Assembly (NCBI GenBank): GCA_048013815.1
Contig: CM106585.1
Span: 2,790,001 to 2,854,000 of the forward strand
Direction: 5' to 3'
DNA from: Setoptus koraiensis
Taxonomy: Eukaryota; Animalia; Arthropoda
Length of the DNA stretch: 64,000 nucleotides
The number at the start of each line of letters is the position of its first letter. Position 1 is the stretch's first letter. Below, one piece after another: positions 25,928 to 39,358 of this stretch. Under the pieces are notes generated by a model. That model did not search any database. It was given only the letters and a program-made list of their open reading frames with translations, and had not been told where the DNA came from. Both the position numbers and the translations under genes were made by a program.

Positions 25928-27483
25928 GCAGATAAATAAATAAAGCGCCCTCTTCCTTTAAACAAGTGTAAATAGGGCTCGACGATGAACGAAACAGCAA
26001 TCATCGGCCAATTGGCATGTGACGAGGTGCGTCGCTAACAGCGACCACACCGGCTCACTGGCAAATTGCTAGCAGCAATGTATGTACACTGTATGTTAAT
26101 AAACTGTCAATCGCAAATACCATATCGCACGCGAGCACAATTACTAATTGTCAATTAGTGACCATTGCCATCCAGTGATTTATTTGAATAATTAGCGCCA
26201 CTGAGTAACTAGCGCTGGCGCTTGGTGGCCGATCGAGCGCCGACTCCGCCGGCTGCAGACTGACCATCACGAAAGTGACGCTTGCCGTCGGCACTCAGCA
26301 ATTCGTATTGAGCTGTGACTTGTATTGAGCTGTGTGATTCGTATTGGTGTTACGTAATGGTGCGGTTGCGGCCGATCGGCGCTCATCAAACAGCGCCGAC
26401 GATGGCGAGCCGAGGGTGGCGAGCGTGAGCCGGTGTCCAGTTTGCGTGGCTTGCGATGAAATAATTGAAATCAATCGCGGCGATGCCATTAGTATGTTTC
26501 GCCTCTGGCCGGCCGGCCGTGTGTCGACGAGCCGGCCAGAGCCAGCGAGCGCAAACGAGAGCCAGCGAGAGCAAACGAGAGAAAATTCAAGAGTAAACAA
26601 CAAGGCAACAATATTACAGGTGAGCGAGTTGCGCAGGCCGTTCGTGGCCGGCGCGCCGATCGCAAAATGACCTAATTATTGCGGCAACGGCGCCAGTCTT
26701 AACTCAATTAAATTTGGCCTCATTGGCTCGACTCGAGCCGCTCGAGTCATGGAGCCGGCTGCCAGTTGGCGCTCGCTTCGATGGCGATGCGCTGGTGGCC
26801 ATATGACTCGTATGATATGAGCAAGGCGCAATCGCATGATTCGTGACTCGAAGCGTGATTACGGCCGCCGCTGCTGCCAGCCTTACATACAAATATATAT
26901 GTTTATGTGTATTTATTGCCATTATGCCGAGATTTACCATTATCGCGCTCACACTGGCCGGCGCACTCTGGCCAGCGCATTCAAATTGGCCGAGCCGCCG
27001 TTGGCCAGCCGAGCGGCGGCAAGTTGCCCGAATGGCGACAGGCGGCCGAGCGACTCAAGAAAGTTGCTCGAAAGTTTTATTTGCCGCTGCGAGACAAACA
27101 GTGCGCATGTATGAATTAGTTTGGCGTTGTTGTCGAGTCGCCATTTACAGTTGTCCATTTATAGCGGCCGGCAAGTGAAAAAGCCACTGCGAGCCAACAC
27201 TCACCTGTGGCTACCTGTGGATGTTGCGCCACCGGCCGCCAGTAAACACACCAATAAACACTGACCGCTAGCGCGCCCATCTTTTCGGCGGCGCTCTCTC
27301 TGCGCAGCGCCCAATCCGCCAATCGACGGGCCGGTCGGCGAGACACAAGGCCGCGCTTGTGTCTGGCCACTCGCCACGGCGCAAAACAAACACCGGCCCG
27401 CCGGACAGGTGACGGGCAACAGCGACGGGTAATTGGGGGCTGCTGCGGCGATACGAGCGACTGCTCACGCAAACAGGTATGAC

Positions 27484-27951
27484 TAGGGCCAACAGAATCG
27501 GTTATTAACCGATTCGGTTCTAGCCAGGGGAAAACTCTGAAACTTCGTATTCGAGCAAAACAAGCATAGATAAGTCGTTTGAGGGGCACTTGTTTCCACC
27601 GAAATCACCGAATTTGTCAGATTTTTCCCATAACTACCGAAAATCCGTCGCCTGGCGTGAACACACAAATAGGCATAGGAATTGAAAAATCTGCCAGACT
27701 GACAGACGCTTGCATTACATTACATGCTTCAAAGCGGCTGGCGCTCACAAACACTCAATTCTATGCTAAAGTTTCAAATCTTTTAGGTCTATTTATCTGT
27801 CGTGGAAGGAGCGCGAAAAAATTTCAACGGTTTTTTGTTGCTATCCATGAGCAAAATGTATGTTTCTACCGATTACTACCGAAAAAACCCAGGTTTCTGA
27901 ATGATTTCTACCGATTTAGGGCGAAAATAACTACCGATTCTGTTGGCCCTA
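27484..27951. mobile_element. Non-autonomous hAT-type MITE (468 bp)
   Basis: Perfect 19-bp TIRs (TAGGGCCAACAGAATCGGT / ACCGATTCTGTTGGCCCTA), a perfect 8-bp TSD GGTATGAC (27476-27483 and 27952-27959) and repeated internal ACCGA motifs. TAGGG termini with an 8-bp TSD are characteristic of hAT. Confidence 0.9.
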
Positions 27952-28174
27952 GGTATGACCGAATATGCAAACAGATCCGACCAAACGCACAAACAGATCT
28001 GACCAAATAGACGGACGAATGCGAGCGAAACGCAAACGGAAATGAGCGAAATGCAAAAGGAATTGAGCGAAATGCAGACAGATGCGAGCCAAGTACAAAT
28101 CTGAATTTACAAGTCCGAATTTAATTCTCGTCGAAGAGGGGCGCCAATCAATTGCAGACACCGTGACACAATGA

Positions 28175-28880
28175 CTACGTCTCGTCGGCCGAATCCTGCT
28201 GACTAGATGATGGCGCCTCGGAGTGCGCATCCGCATCGCTGGCGTCGGCCGCCTGTTGCTCGTCGTGCCCGTACTGGCCCGGCCCGGACTGCGCCCACTC
28301 GGCGGCCCCGTCGGCAAGCCCGCGCGACTCCCCGCCCAAATCAATGTCCGCATAATCCTGCTCTTCGGGCTGGTCGGCCGTCTCTATCTGTTCGCTGGCC
28401 GTGCTGTCGTAGTCGGTGTCCGCGCTGGCCGTGTCGCCGCCCCCGTCGGCCGCTTGTTGATCGGCCGAGTCCGCGTCGCCCTCCACGATCTCGATGGCCG
28501 GCTCCTCGGCGCCGTGCACAACGGCGCTCAGGTCGGCCAATGTCACCGGACTGTAATTTTGGCCGCCGGCGTCGCCCTCGTCGCCCGTGTGCTCAAGCCG
28601 CGATTGGGCGTCCTGTGCCGCTTGCTGCTGCTGCTGGCCCTGCTGCAATCGTTGGCGCATGAGCGCGTACACGGCCGGATGTTGCATGAGGTGGCGCTCG
28701 TAGAGGGCCCGTTCGGCGGCGGCCGCCGCGCTAGAGTTATAAATAGGGTACTGGTGCTGGTGCAGCAGGGTATCGAGGGCGGCACCGGCGGAAATTGCGG
28801 GCTGCTGCCGCTGCTGACTTTCGATGCGGCGCCTCAGCAATTGCTGCAGGTGACTCAGCTCTCGCTGTCGTTGCTGCTGC

Positions 28881-28962
<82 letters not shown>

Positions 28963-30541
28963 GCTTCCGCTGTTGCTGTTGTTGCTGCTGTCGTTGCTGC
29001 TGTTGTTGTAGTTGTAGTTGCTGCTGCTGTGTGCTGGCGGCGTAGGCCGCCAGCACGCCGCCCAGACCGATTGCGGGCACGGGCGGCGGGCCGGCGCCCG
29101 CCTGTGGCGAATGGCGGCCGTACAGCGACGGCTGCAGCGTCGTGGGCACTGCGTATTTGTGGTGGTTGGCACGTTGGTTGTGGTCAGCGAGAGTCGCCTG
29201 CTGCAACTGCTTGTATTTGGCTGTGTCTAGGTACTGGGGGGTCATGGCGAGCTGGTGCTGCTGCTGGTGGGGGTCACCGTTGGCGGGGGCGGGGGCGGCG
29301 CGCAGCACCAGGTAAGAGCAGAGGGCGACGCTCAGCAATAGGGCCAATATTAGGAACGCTAGGGCAATCACTCGCAGACGGTTGAGCCATCTCATTGGGG
29401 CCATCGCAAACAATTTGTGCACGTTGCTGTTGACGTGGTGCTCGTGTTGTGGCTGGTTGTTGCGGTTGTTGTCGGCTGGCGACGACGACGAGTCTCGGGC
29501 GTCGTCGCTGTCCGACGACGAGCCGGCCATTGGCACGCTGTTTGTGTTGTTGTTGTGCAATTTGTAGTTGTTGCTGGCCGCTTGATGCTTGTTATTTGGC
29601 GGCGACGACAGGTGACTGGCGCTTGCCGGACACAGGGCGCTCGCGTTGGCCGTTGTATGGTGAAAAGCGTTCGCTTTGATCATGATTGACGACTGTTTGT
29701 CTCGGTAATTTTGTGCCCGTGGCTGGCCGTTGTTGTTGTTGTTGTTGCTGTTGTTGTTGTTGCTGGTGTTGCTGTCGCCGCTGGTGAGGCCGCTCGTGCA
29801 CACTCTCATTTGATGGGCCCTCGAACAGGTGAGCCAGCGATAGCATGCCGCAACGACGCCTGTCGGCCTGCCGCTGCCGCTCGAGCGCTCGCTTCTGCGC
29901 TGACCTCTGGCCGGTTTGCTCACCTTGGCTGCTAGCGGCTGCCTGAATTGAGTGATTTGGTTTGATTGATTTGATTGGCTCGATTGGCAGCAGTGGCACA
30001 ATGTTTGCTGCACAATGGGCTGCTTTGGGTCGACTTGGCTTTGGCTTGACGGGCTCGACGACTTCGATTGGGGCGACACAAGCGGCTTGGCATTGAGGCA
30101 CGTGGAGGCCGCGTGAAAGGGATTTAAATTGGCCTGATATTCTGGCGAGTTGTAGGCCTCGTTGATGTCGCGATAGCAGCAATTTATGGCCTGTTGATTG
30201 TGTGCTTGTTGCTGTTGTTGTTGTTGTTGCTGTTGCTGCGGTTGTTGCTTGTGCGACGCCAAATGAAAATTGTTGTTTGTCTGGTGGTCAAACGGCAGCA
30301 GAAGTCGCTTGTCTAACGGTTGAACCGCCTGAGCGCTCTTACAGGTGCCATGATGATGGGCCTTTTTGGCAGCTTCGCTGGAGCGACCTTCGAGCTTGCC
30401 GTTGCTGCTGCTGTTGTTGTTGCTGTCGCTGTTGTTGTTGGCTGTCAGTTGTGACTTTTGTTTGTAGCATCGCTGCTGCTTATCGGCCGCTTGAGACGGA
30501 CTGTTGTTGTTGTTGCAATTGTTAATTGATGCTGCTGCCAT
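28175..30541 (-). CDS. Low-complexity single-pass membrane protein (788 aa; N/Q-rich, acidic C-terminus), possibly incomplete at the 5' end
   Basis: 2.37-kb open frame with one strong hydrophobic segment (VIALAFLILALLLSVALCSYLVL), a Q30 tract and GC3-rich codons in the distal half. The ATG is immediately preceded by an acceptor-like ttaatcag. Confidence 0.6.
28883..28963. repeat. Pure (CAA)27 microsatellite encoding polyglutamine on the minus strand
   Basis: Uninterrupted TTG repeats on + inside the 788-aa CDS. Confidence 0.9.
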
Positions 30542-31493
30542 CTGATTAATTGATTAATTGATGCACACACACACACACACACAATAAGACAGAGACTTTT
30601 TGTTGACGGTTTATTTGCGTCCCTCACTGACAGCTACTCACTGAGTACTCAGGCACTGAACTAATTTGTTGTTGCGTCAATCATACGCAGTGTGTGTGTG
30701 TGTCATTAGCAGCAGCGAACGTGACTTCCTCTTGATTAGGCAAAAACAATGACTAATGGACACACAATGGACAATCGGTTTGGTTGCGTTGCTGCGTCGA
30801 AGTGGCCATCGCTGTATCAATTGCACTGCACCAAAAATGCCGTTATGTTGCCGTTTTCTGACACACACACACGCTTCAATATCACTCAAGACAATCGCCA
30901 GTAGATCACACACACAATCTGAGTTGTGAGTGTCCGTTACACAGACACTGTTACACAGAGATTGACATAAATCAGCTGTTGGACGTTGATTGGCCAGGCC
31001 AGTGGTGCGCTGACGCTTGTGAGCCGATCAGCTGTTGCTAGTTGTCAGTTGCCAGTTGTCAGTCGCCAGTTGTCAGTTGTCGGTCGCCAGTTGTCAGTTG
31101 GCTAAAAATACAGTCAGTCGGTCACACTGGCCGCGCTGTGAGTGTCTCACAAAGCACATGACAGACCATATGAGAGCAGTGTGTCATACGGTGAGACTCT
31201 CACCAGACGGCCGTTGGCTGTCACATCCCTCTGGCCACAGCAACCACAACCACGCCAGCGCTAACCACAGCAGCAACAGCAACAACAACAGCAACAGCAA
31301 CAGCAACAGCAACAACAGCGACTGCCGAATAGACAGATAATGCCGCTGCTAATGTGCAGTAACAAGAGTGGGAGAGGAGAAAGTAAACGGCGCTAAACGG
31401 TGTCTCAGGTGTGTTGCGTCACCTGAGACACTTGTCACAAAACACCTGTTAGCACAATGAGATTTGTGTTTTATTTCTCGCCACTGTGCCCCA

Positions 31494-31547
31494 CAAGTCG
31501 CACAAGTCTCGCAAGTCTCGCAAGTCTCGCAAGTCTCGCAAGTCTCA
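31494..31547. repeat. Tandem repeat, 9-bp unit x5-6
   Basis: caagtctcg repeated. Confidence 0.85.
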
Positions 31548-34500
31548 TAAGTCAAGTGTGGGCAACGCCGCGAGACTCGCCGAGACATTGGACGAGATTC
31601 AAAGCGGCGTTGCGCAACGGCCAGCGCAGTGTCGCGCCGCACAAGGTGACATTACCAGCGGCGTTACGTAACGTTGGCCAGCACACATTGCGGCGCCGTT
31701 GGTATACTAATAATGTGCTGATAACATATCACTGATATCACTGGCGTCGCTGGCATCGCTGGCACCGCTGGTTTGAGTATATTATTAGTATATTACAGGT
31801 GTATTATTAGTGGATTATCGGCGCAGTGAGAAAGGACGAGCGAGCGTGAAAGGTCTCACACAGTGAGTGCCAACGCCGGCCAATAGCGGCCGGCCGATGC
31901 CAGCCAGCGGCGTGTCTAGACTCTAGCGCCGCGAATGTTTGTATGACAGTGGCCATATCACTGAGTTGAGTTAGCCGCAAACAACAACAACAAAGTTGAT
32001 TACCAATAAGTTACCTGTTGGCTGGGCGACGCTGTTGCAATTTGATTGAACAGCCTCAAATGTCATCAGAGGCACCATGTCAGAGTGGCCACAAGCAAGC
32101 GGCTGCCGCCAGCCGGCCGGCCGGCCGGCCAAAATGAAGAATTGCAATGCCAATCGGTTAGTGCGATTCGCATTTCCAATTGGCCAGACCCCGTTACTCA
32201 ACTAACGGCGTTAGTTGAGTTAGTTGCGGGAGAGTTGCAAATCACAGTGGCGCACATCATCACACAGTTTTGTTGCATACAAGTTGCAGTTACACAGACA
32301 ACATTACGTAAGTTGTGTGTGTTACAAGGCCGACACACACACACACACTCAGGTGAGTTGCATCATTAAATGATGATGATCGCTGCTTGCCGGCGCCACA
32401 TTAAAGAGTCATTGACCGTTTGCCGGCGCGCTTGCCGTACCGTCCAATTGATTGGCTTCGTTGGTTGGCATCGCATCATCTGAGGCTTTTCTGTGTCTTC
32501 TGTTTCGGGCGCTCGCTCATTCCGAGGCGCCCGAACACAAGACGCGATAAGCAAGACGCGATAAGCGAGACACAAGCGGCGAGCGGCGAGAGGCAAGGGA
32601 GCCACAGAAAGAAGGCAAAACGAACGGCGATAAAGGGGAACGTTCGCAAACAAACACAGGCCAGCTAAACGTTTAGGCCAACGGTTTGAGCCGGGCCTGA
32701 ACACAGTGCGCATCGCACATTACGCATTGCCAACGCCAGGCCAACAAGTGCAAGCGAACGCCAATAAACGAACGACGGCTTACGTAAGACAGTGGCCAAT
32801 TGTGGAGCTCTTACGTAATGTTACGGCATAGCAATATAATGGCAACAACATAAGACATAAGCACAGCAATGGATAACGGGCCAATTTAGAGAGAGAGAGA
32901 GAGCCTTTTGCTGCCAATTGATACAGCCAGTTTGTTAGTTAGTGTCAGTCGGTCGCCCATTGAGCAGTTTTGGCGGCGACCAAAAACAACTGACCACTGG
33001 CCATTGTGTGAGGGTGTGAGCTAATCGATGGCTGGCGCCCATTGGCTCGCAATCGATCCGATCGGCGCCGATCAAATTAGCCGGCGGCAGCCATTGTGCC
33101 ATTGTGTGCCATTGTGCCGATGCTGCTATCGTCTCGCAGCGGCAGCCGAACACTGGCGAAAACACTGGCGAAAACAACAACTACAACAGCAACAACAACT
33201 ACAACAGCAGCAACAGCAACGGCGGCAACAACAACGACAACAACAACAGCAACAGGTGAATCTCGGTGTTGCCGGCGCTGGCCGGTCATTTGCATACGCT
33301 TCGCATGGCCGTAATTCAATCACTGTGGCCGCTTTGTCGTGTGCCCAATCTCGGTGCGCGACACACTCTCAGAAACACTGTCAGAAGCGTTCTCAGAAAG
33401 GCTCTCAGAAAGGCTCTCAGAAACATTCTTGGAAACACCGAGTTCGGCTCGACACACACACACACTGACGACTGTGTTGTGAGACTTGTAAGCCGGCTAA
33501 TAATGTCATTAGTGTCTAGACGCACACACACACACGAGACAGGTGAATCTCGAGATTGGTGGCGTTTTCAAGGCTGACAAACTTGTCATGTTGTTCGCCA
33601 ATCGGACACAACACACACGCACACGCACACAAGTTACGTAAGGCCATTGTTGTTTGCAACAACAGACGATTACGTGTGCGGCTGGTGTTTCTATTAGGGG
33701 CTTGCTTCTATTTAAATTTGGATGTATGCGCGGCCAGCCTGACAGTGTCAGGCTGACACTGGCTGCGAGTGCGGGCGCCACAGGTTGTTGGCTCCTTGGC
33801 CAGGCTTTGAGCGAGTGTGTTTGCTAGTATCGCTGGCGAGCAAGTTGGTGGCAGCAGTTTGGGCGTTGGATGGTCAACAGGTTGGCACAGCCCGCAAGCC
33901 TGTTTGTGTGAGCGAGCCTAATTTACAACTTGCGCAATCTGCAACAGCAACAGCAACAACAACATCAGCAGCAACAACAACAACAACATCAGCAGCAACA
34001 ACAACAACAACACCGACAGCGACTACACTTATCGAGATCGACAACAAAAGATGAGCCCCGTATTGATGCCAGTCAGCCAGCCCTGGCGGAATAACTGAGC
34101 AGCTTACAAGTTGTTAGCCGGGCAAGCGGTTCAATTGCGCTCGGCAAGCCAACAGCGAGCTTGCCAGCGAGCTCGCCAAAGAGGGGAGAGAGAGAGAGAG
34201 TGGCCAAGGTGGAGATTGCCGCTATCAAATGATGACGCCATTGAAGGCGGATAGACATATTTAGCGAGCGTTTGCAGTGTTTGGCGAGTGTGTCTATATC
34301 GGGCAATGTTGCAATTTGCTTGTTTATTTTATTGTTGTTGTTATTGTTGTGCCGTTGTTGTTGCTGCTGTTGCTGCTGTTGCTGCTGTTGTTGCTGCTGT
34401 TGTTGCTGCTGTTGTTGCTGCTGTCGTTGCTGCTGCCACTTTTACAACTGCTGCATGGGTTACATAGTAGCCGTTATGTAACTAAAGTTATATTGTTAGC

Positions 34501-36022
34501 CGTCGCCGGGCATTGTGCGCTGCACAGCTTATAGCGACGCTCGAGCCCATTAGACGTACACGAATGAATGCATGCGCGCGCCGTTATTGCGCCACTGGCG
34601 TCGACAGATTAGTTGCGTTAGTTGCATAACAACAACAACAACGCCAACAACAACAACAACGCCAGCAACAACAACAGCAACAGCATCAACAACAACATCG
34701 ACAACAGCGACATCACCGTCGGCGCCGCCAGACCAACAGACGGGCCGACCGACCGACCGACCGACGGGCCGACAGACGCGCAGGCGAGCAAGTGAATCTG
34801 TTGGCCAGCCAGCCAACTGACAGCCAGCCTGACAGGCCCGACAGGCCCGCAGCCCGAGCCACTAATCACAGTATTATCTATCGCACAGGTAGGTGTCACT
34901 TTGCATCATCATTATTATTGTTGTGTCGCCATTGTGCAAACAGCGCTGGCATCGCCAATGTTATGACAATAACAGACGAGCCGACTCCCAATTGTGTCAT
35001 ACGGCACACAAACATCATCAACGCAAGCATCGTCCGACTTTATACGCCACTCAGACGGCATTTATCCATTATTCAGACAGCATTCACACGGCGTTTATCC
35101 AGTTCTTATCCAGCTTCCAAAGGGCGCTTTGTGTCAACAGCAAGCCAGCGAGTCGCATACAATTAATTATAATTATATATGAATTATTTGCCAATCAGCG
35201 GACAAGCGCGCCATTATTAGCTCATCGCCAGATCGTCGCCATACTATCGCCAGATTATTGCCAGATCGTTGCCAGATCGTCGCCAGATTGTTGCGTAATA
35301 GACACAACACAAGTGAGCGTTGTGCAGCCAGTCGGGCATGAGCGGCCAGCGTGCGCAGTCAAAGTATCACAGTGTTGAATAAATAATGACAATATTTGTA
35401 TTTATATTTATGCCTGCGTGTGTCATCCTTCAGTCAGTTATTTGTGTTTACGTTTACGTTTATAAATAAATGCAACGGCAAGATCCTAGTGCGACATTGG
35501 TGTCAGTGACAGTGACAACACACAACAATCCAATTAGCCCGTTTCATCGCACCAGCAACAGGTAAGTGGACAATAATCGCAATCGCAATCGCAACAAGCA
35601 ATCAGCAGTCGGCGATCGGCCAGAATAAGTGGCTTTAGACGGCCGGCCGGCCGAGTGGAAGGGTTGAGTTGGCGCTGCTCCGATTTAGTGAGTTGCTCGC
35701 TGTTGTTTGCTGGTCGCTGGCCAGATCAACTGACCGCCAGACGGCAATAGATCATGCGGCTAATTGAATTGATTCTGTCGCTGAAAACAACAGTTGCAAT
35801 CCTGCTGGCGAAATGCCCAAATTACCCACTTCATTTAGCTTCATTTGATTTCGATTTAGTGCGCGGACGCAGCCGCGCAAAGGTACGGCCATGCGAGACA
35901 GGATGAGCTGACCGCAAACACCGATACTGTGCGATACTTGCCATTTGCGCACCACCAACAGCAACAACAGCCGCGACAACAGCAGCAGCAGCAGCAGCAA
36001 CAGCAACAACGACAGCAACAGC

Positions 36023-36054
<32 letters not shown>

Positions 36055-37661
36055 GTGGAAATATGATATGAGTGATAGTGTAATGAGAGCGCGATGAGAG
36101 ATAATTGAGACGAGAGATAATACATGACGCAACGCATACTGATGATAGCAGGCCATTTGTGCGGCATTTATCCCTCTCTGGCACAGAGTCTATGCATGGC
36201 ATGATGCATGGCATGATTTGACAGTGGCCGCGCTGGTCACGACGCCGGCCGATGATAAATGTCCCAACGGCGACCAGTCAAGTTCAAGTTTATGTCATGT
36301 GTGTGTGTGTGTGTGTACGTCGAAATTGGTCGCTCGCTTGGGCCGTCTCGCCTTGCTGAATAAAAATAGATATGAGCGCACACGGCGTTTATAACAAGGA
36401 CAGACTCTAACAGGTTATGCAATGTTTGCGTTTGTGTTTGTGTGTGTTCATTCATATTTAGTTCACCACAGACACCATCGGCACGGCGCTAATTAATAAA
36501 CTGCTGACCACTGCGGCCAGACTCTTGCTGCTGACTCTGGCTGCCACTGTGACTCTGGCCAGCGCGCCACTGTGACTCTGACATGGGCTCTGGCGCCCGT
36601 AAACGGCGATCAGCGCCGATTGAGCCTAGCCCATTTTTAGAATGAAGGTCACCAACACAACCAATGATAAGATTAATGAACTTATCATCATGCTCAAAAT
36701 TGTCCTACAACTCGCTTGTTTGAGCCTACGCGCTTAAATTAGCAACCGGCCAGACGGCTAATCCCGCCATTGGAGTCCCATTGAAGTCGCGCTGGAGTCT
36801 CGCCGGAGTCTCGCCGGAGTGTCGCTGGAGTGTCGCTGGAGTGGCCCAAGTTTGAGCGACCAGCAGGAGCATACGAGCGGCCAAATTCATGGCGCTCGAC
36901 AGCGAGTGACAGGTAAATCTACTGGCCAAAATCAAATACTCATGTGCCTGTGTGCTGATTAGCCGTGTGTGATTACTTTAGTTACGTTATAACTTATGTG
37001 AGCCCAATATTGATTTGCGGTATGTGCTCGGTGACTTACTGTCTGTGTGTGCAGAGTGGAGAGTGGAGCACGCTAAAACGCTCACCGTGATGATGATTTG
37101 TGACAAGCATGTGTGTGACACTGCATTACATAATAGATATAGGTATATAAATTGTTGTCACGATATTAGTTATAACATTAGTTTATTATTTGTGTGTTGC
37201 GAGCAGCGCCCTCACCTTAACCGTTACCTCAGCTAACTTACCTGGCCTCACCTGTGCACCTGACAACTGCAAGCTTCGTATCATAGTGCGATCATTGTTT
37301 ACAACTTGGCCACTTCATTCAGCCAGTTGACGCACTCCGACACACACACACACACACACTAATTATTTAGCTAATCAAGTTTAATCACTCTGTTTCATTT
37401 GGCTCATTTTGTCATTTTGTCATTCGCAGTCACTCTGTCATTTGCAGTCGCTCTGTCAAGTAGCTCTGTCAAGTAGCTCTGTCATGAAGATGCTCCCATG
37501 CGCTGACAATTGTGAATGCAATCAGTTGCCACAAGCAGCCTGAACACACCACAACAACAAAAACAGCGACAAACAACAGCAAGCGACAACAACAACAAAT
37601 CAACAACGACAACAATCATCAGTCTGTGAAATCATAAGCGCATAAGCATCATAAGCAAACA

Positions 37662-39327
37662 ATGCCAGTGAGCACAATGAAAAATTTGTTTCATTTGCCC
37701 AACATGTCACGCAACCCGAGCGTGCATCCGGCAAACGGTCAACAATCGGTGTCAGGGTCCATTGGTCTTAGTCAATCGTCCATGAGCATGATAGCAAATG
37801 CAGCAGCAGTAGCCAACAACCAACAGCAGCAAGACAATAGAAGCGCCACTCTCAACGGGCCACTCATGGGCGCCACCAGCATGGCCGACATGAAACAAAC
37901 AAAACTGTCCACAATAGTTAGCAAAAAGGCCAACAGGGCCAAGGAAATGGTGAGTCGTGATCGCCGTTTACTAATCGATAATTGATACTAATTGATCAAA
38001 TCAATCGATACAGCCCAACCCAACAAACAACTGACCAATATCTGTTATATATCATATCTGTTTTGTGGCATCATATCCGTTGCATGTCGTCATATCTGTT
38101 GCATCAACTGTGCGCGGCCATATTTGCATATTTGCATATCTGCATATTTGCATATGTCAACTATTAACTATCAACCAAGTTTCTGCAAAACCTCGGCAAG
38201 GCCGAACGGACCAAGGACGAACTGTTCGAGATGTATCAGGCCAACTTTTACAAGCAGCAAAGTCACGCACTCAAGTTACACAAGGAAATCAAGAACTACA
38301 TCCAGTGTCTCAAGAGTTAGTACCGCTCAAGAGTTAGTTTGCCGAGCTGGCCGACTCGGGGCCAACTGGCCACTGGCCCCGAGTCGCCAGCTGGCCCCTT
38401 CTTTCGACCCGAGCCGGCCAGCTGATCGAGCCAGATCAGCTTCTGGAGTCTATCCGAATTCTTTGCCTAATCTCGCCTCTCTCCCTCTCTCGCGTTTCGC
38501 CCGCGAACGCAAATATCGCAATATCGCAATGCCGCAATATCGCGAATAGCCATGCAAGAGGCCACGCGAAATCTCAACATATGCCTGCAGGAGTCGCACG
38601 GAAAGGAGTCGCCCCGGCACGATTTGTTCTGCGAGAACATCTCCGAAATCGAGCAGTTGTACCATCAATTGTCGGAGCGAATCAGAACGAACGTGCTGGC
38701 CAACATAGAGGAGTATCTGGGCCAGTTCGGCGACATCAGGGTGAGTGCGCAGATTGATGAATTTCAATGAATAATAAATTTCGGCTCTCAATTCCGAATT
38801 CGAATTGCGAGCGAGAATGCTCGCGAATCGTACCGCACAACGCACAATCGCTAATCATGTATCATCTCAAAATATCGCTGAAAATATCGCTGAAATATCG
38901 CCGAATATCGCTGAAATATCGCCGAATATCGCCGAATATCGCCGAATATCGAACGGACCATAAAACAGGAAAAGATCGCGAAACGGGGCCGAAAACTGAT
39001 AGACTACGACAGTGCCAAGCGCAGCTACGAATTAATTCAGGCCGCCAACCAGAAGAAACCGCTCAGAGACGAGACAAGACTGAACAAGTTGCGCGAACAA
39101 TATGAACAGGCCAGACACATGTATCAGAACATAAACAACGAATTGCACAACGAGCTGCCCGCTCTATACGAAAGCAGAATACCCTACATACTGTTGACAT
39201 TACAAACCTATTGCTCTACACAAATTAACTTTCATCAAACAAACGGTAAATTGTACGCTTCTTGTCATGACGCAATCGATTTGTTGGCCACACTGAGCTC
39301 GTTGGCTCATCAGCGCAACACCAAGCA

Positions 39328-39358
<31 letters not shown>

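Noticed and set aside
28207-29385. Plus-strand ORFs of 151-262 aa
   Set aside because: Antisense shadows of the GC3-rich, triplet-repeat 788-aa CDS.
33028-36214. PolyQ/polyL/polyC/polyT ORFs around the 33-36 kb triplet arrays
   Set aside because: Simple CAA/CAG repeats open in multiple frames with no unique protein-like flanks; they could be UTR or intron sequence.
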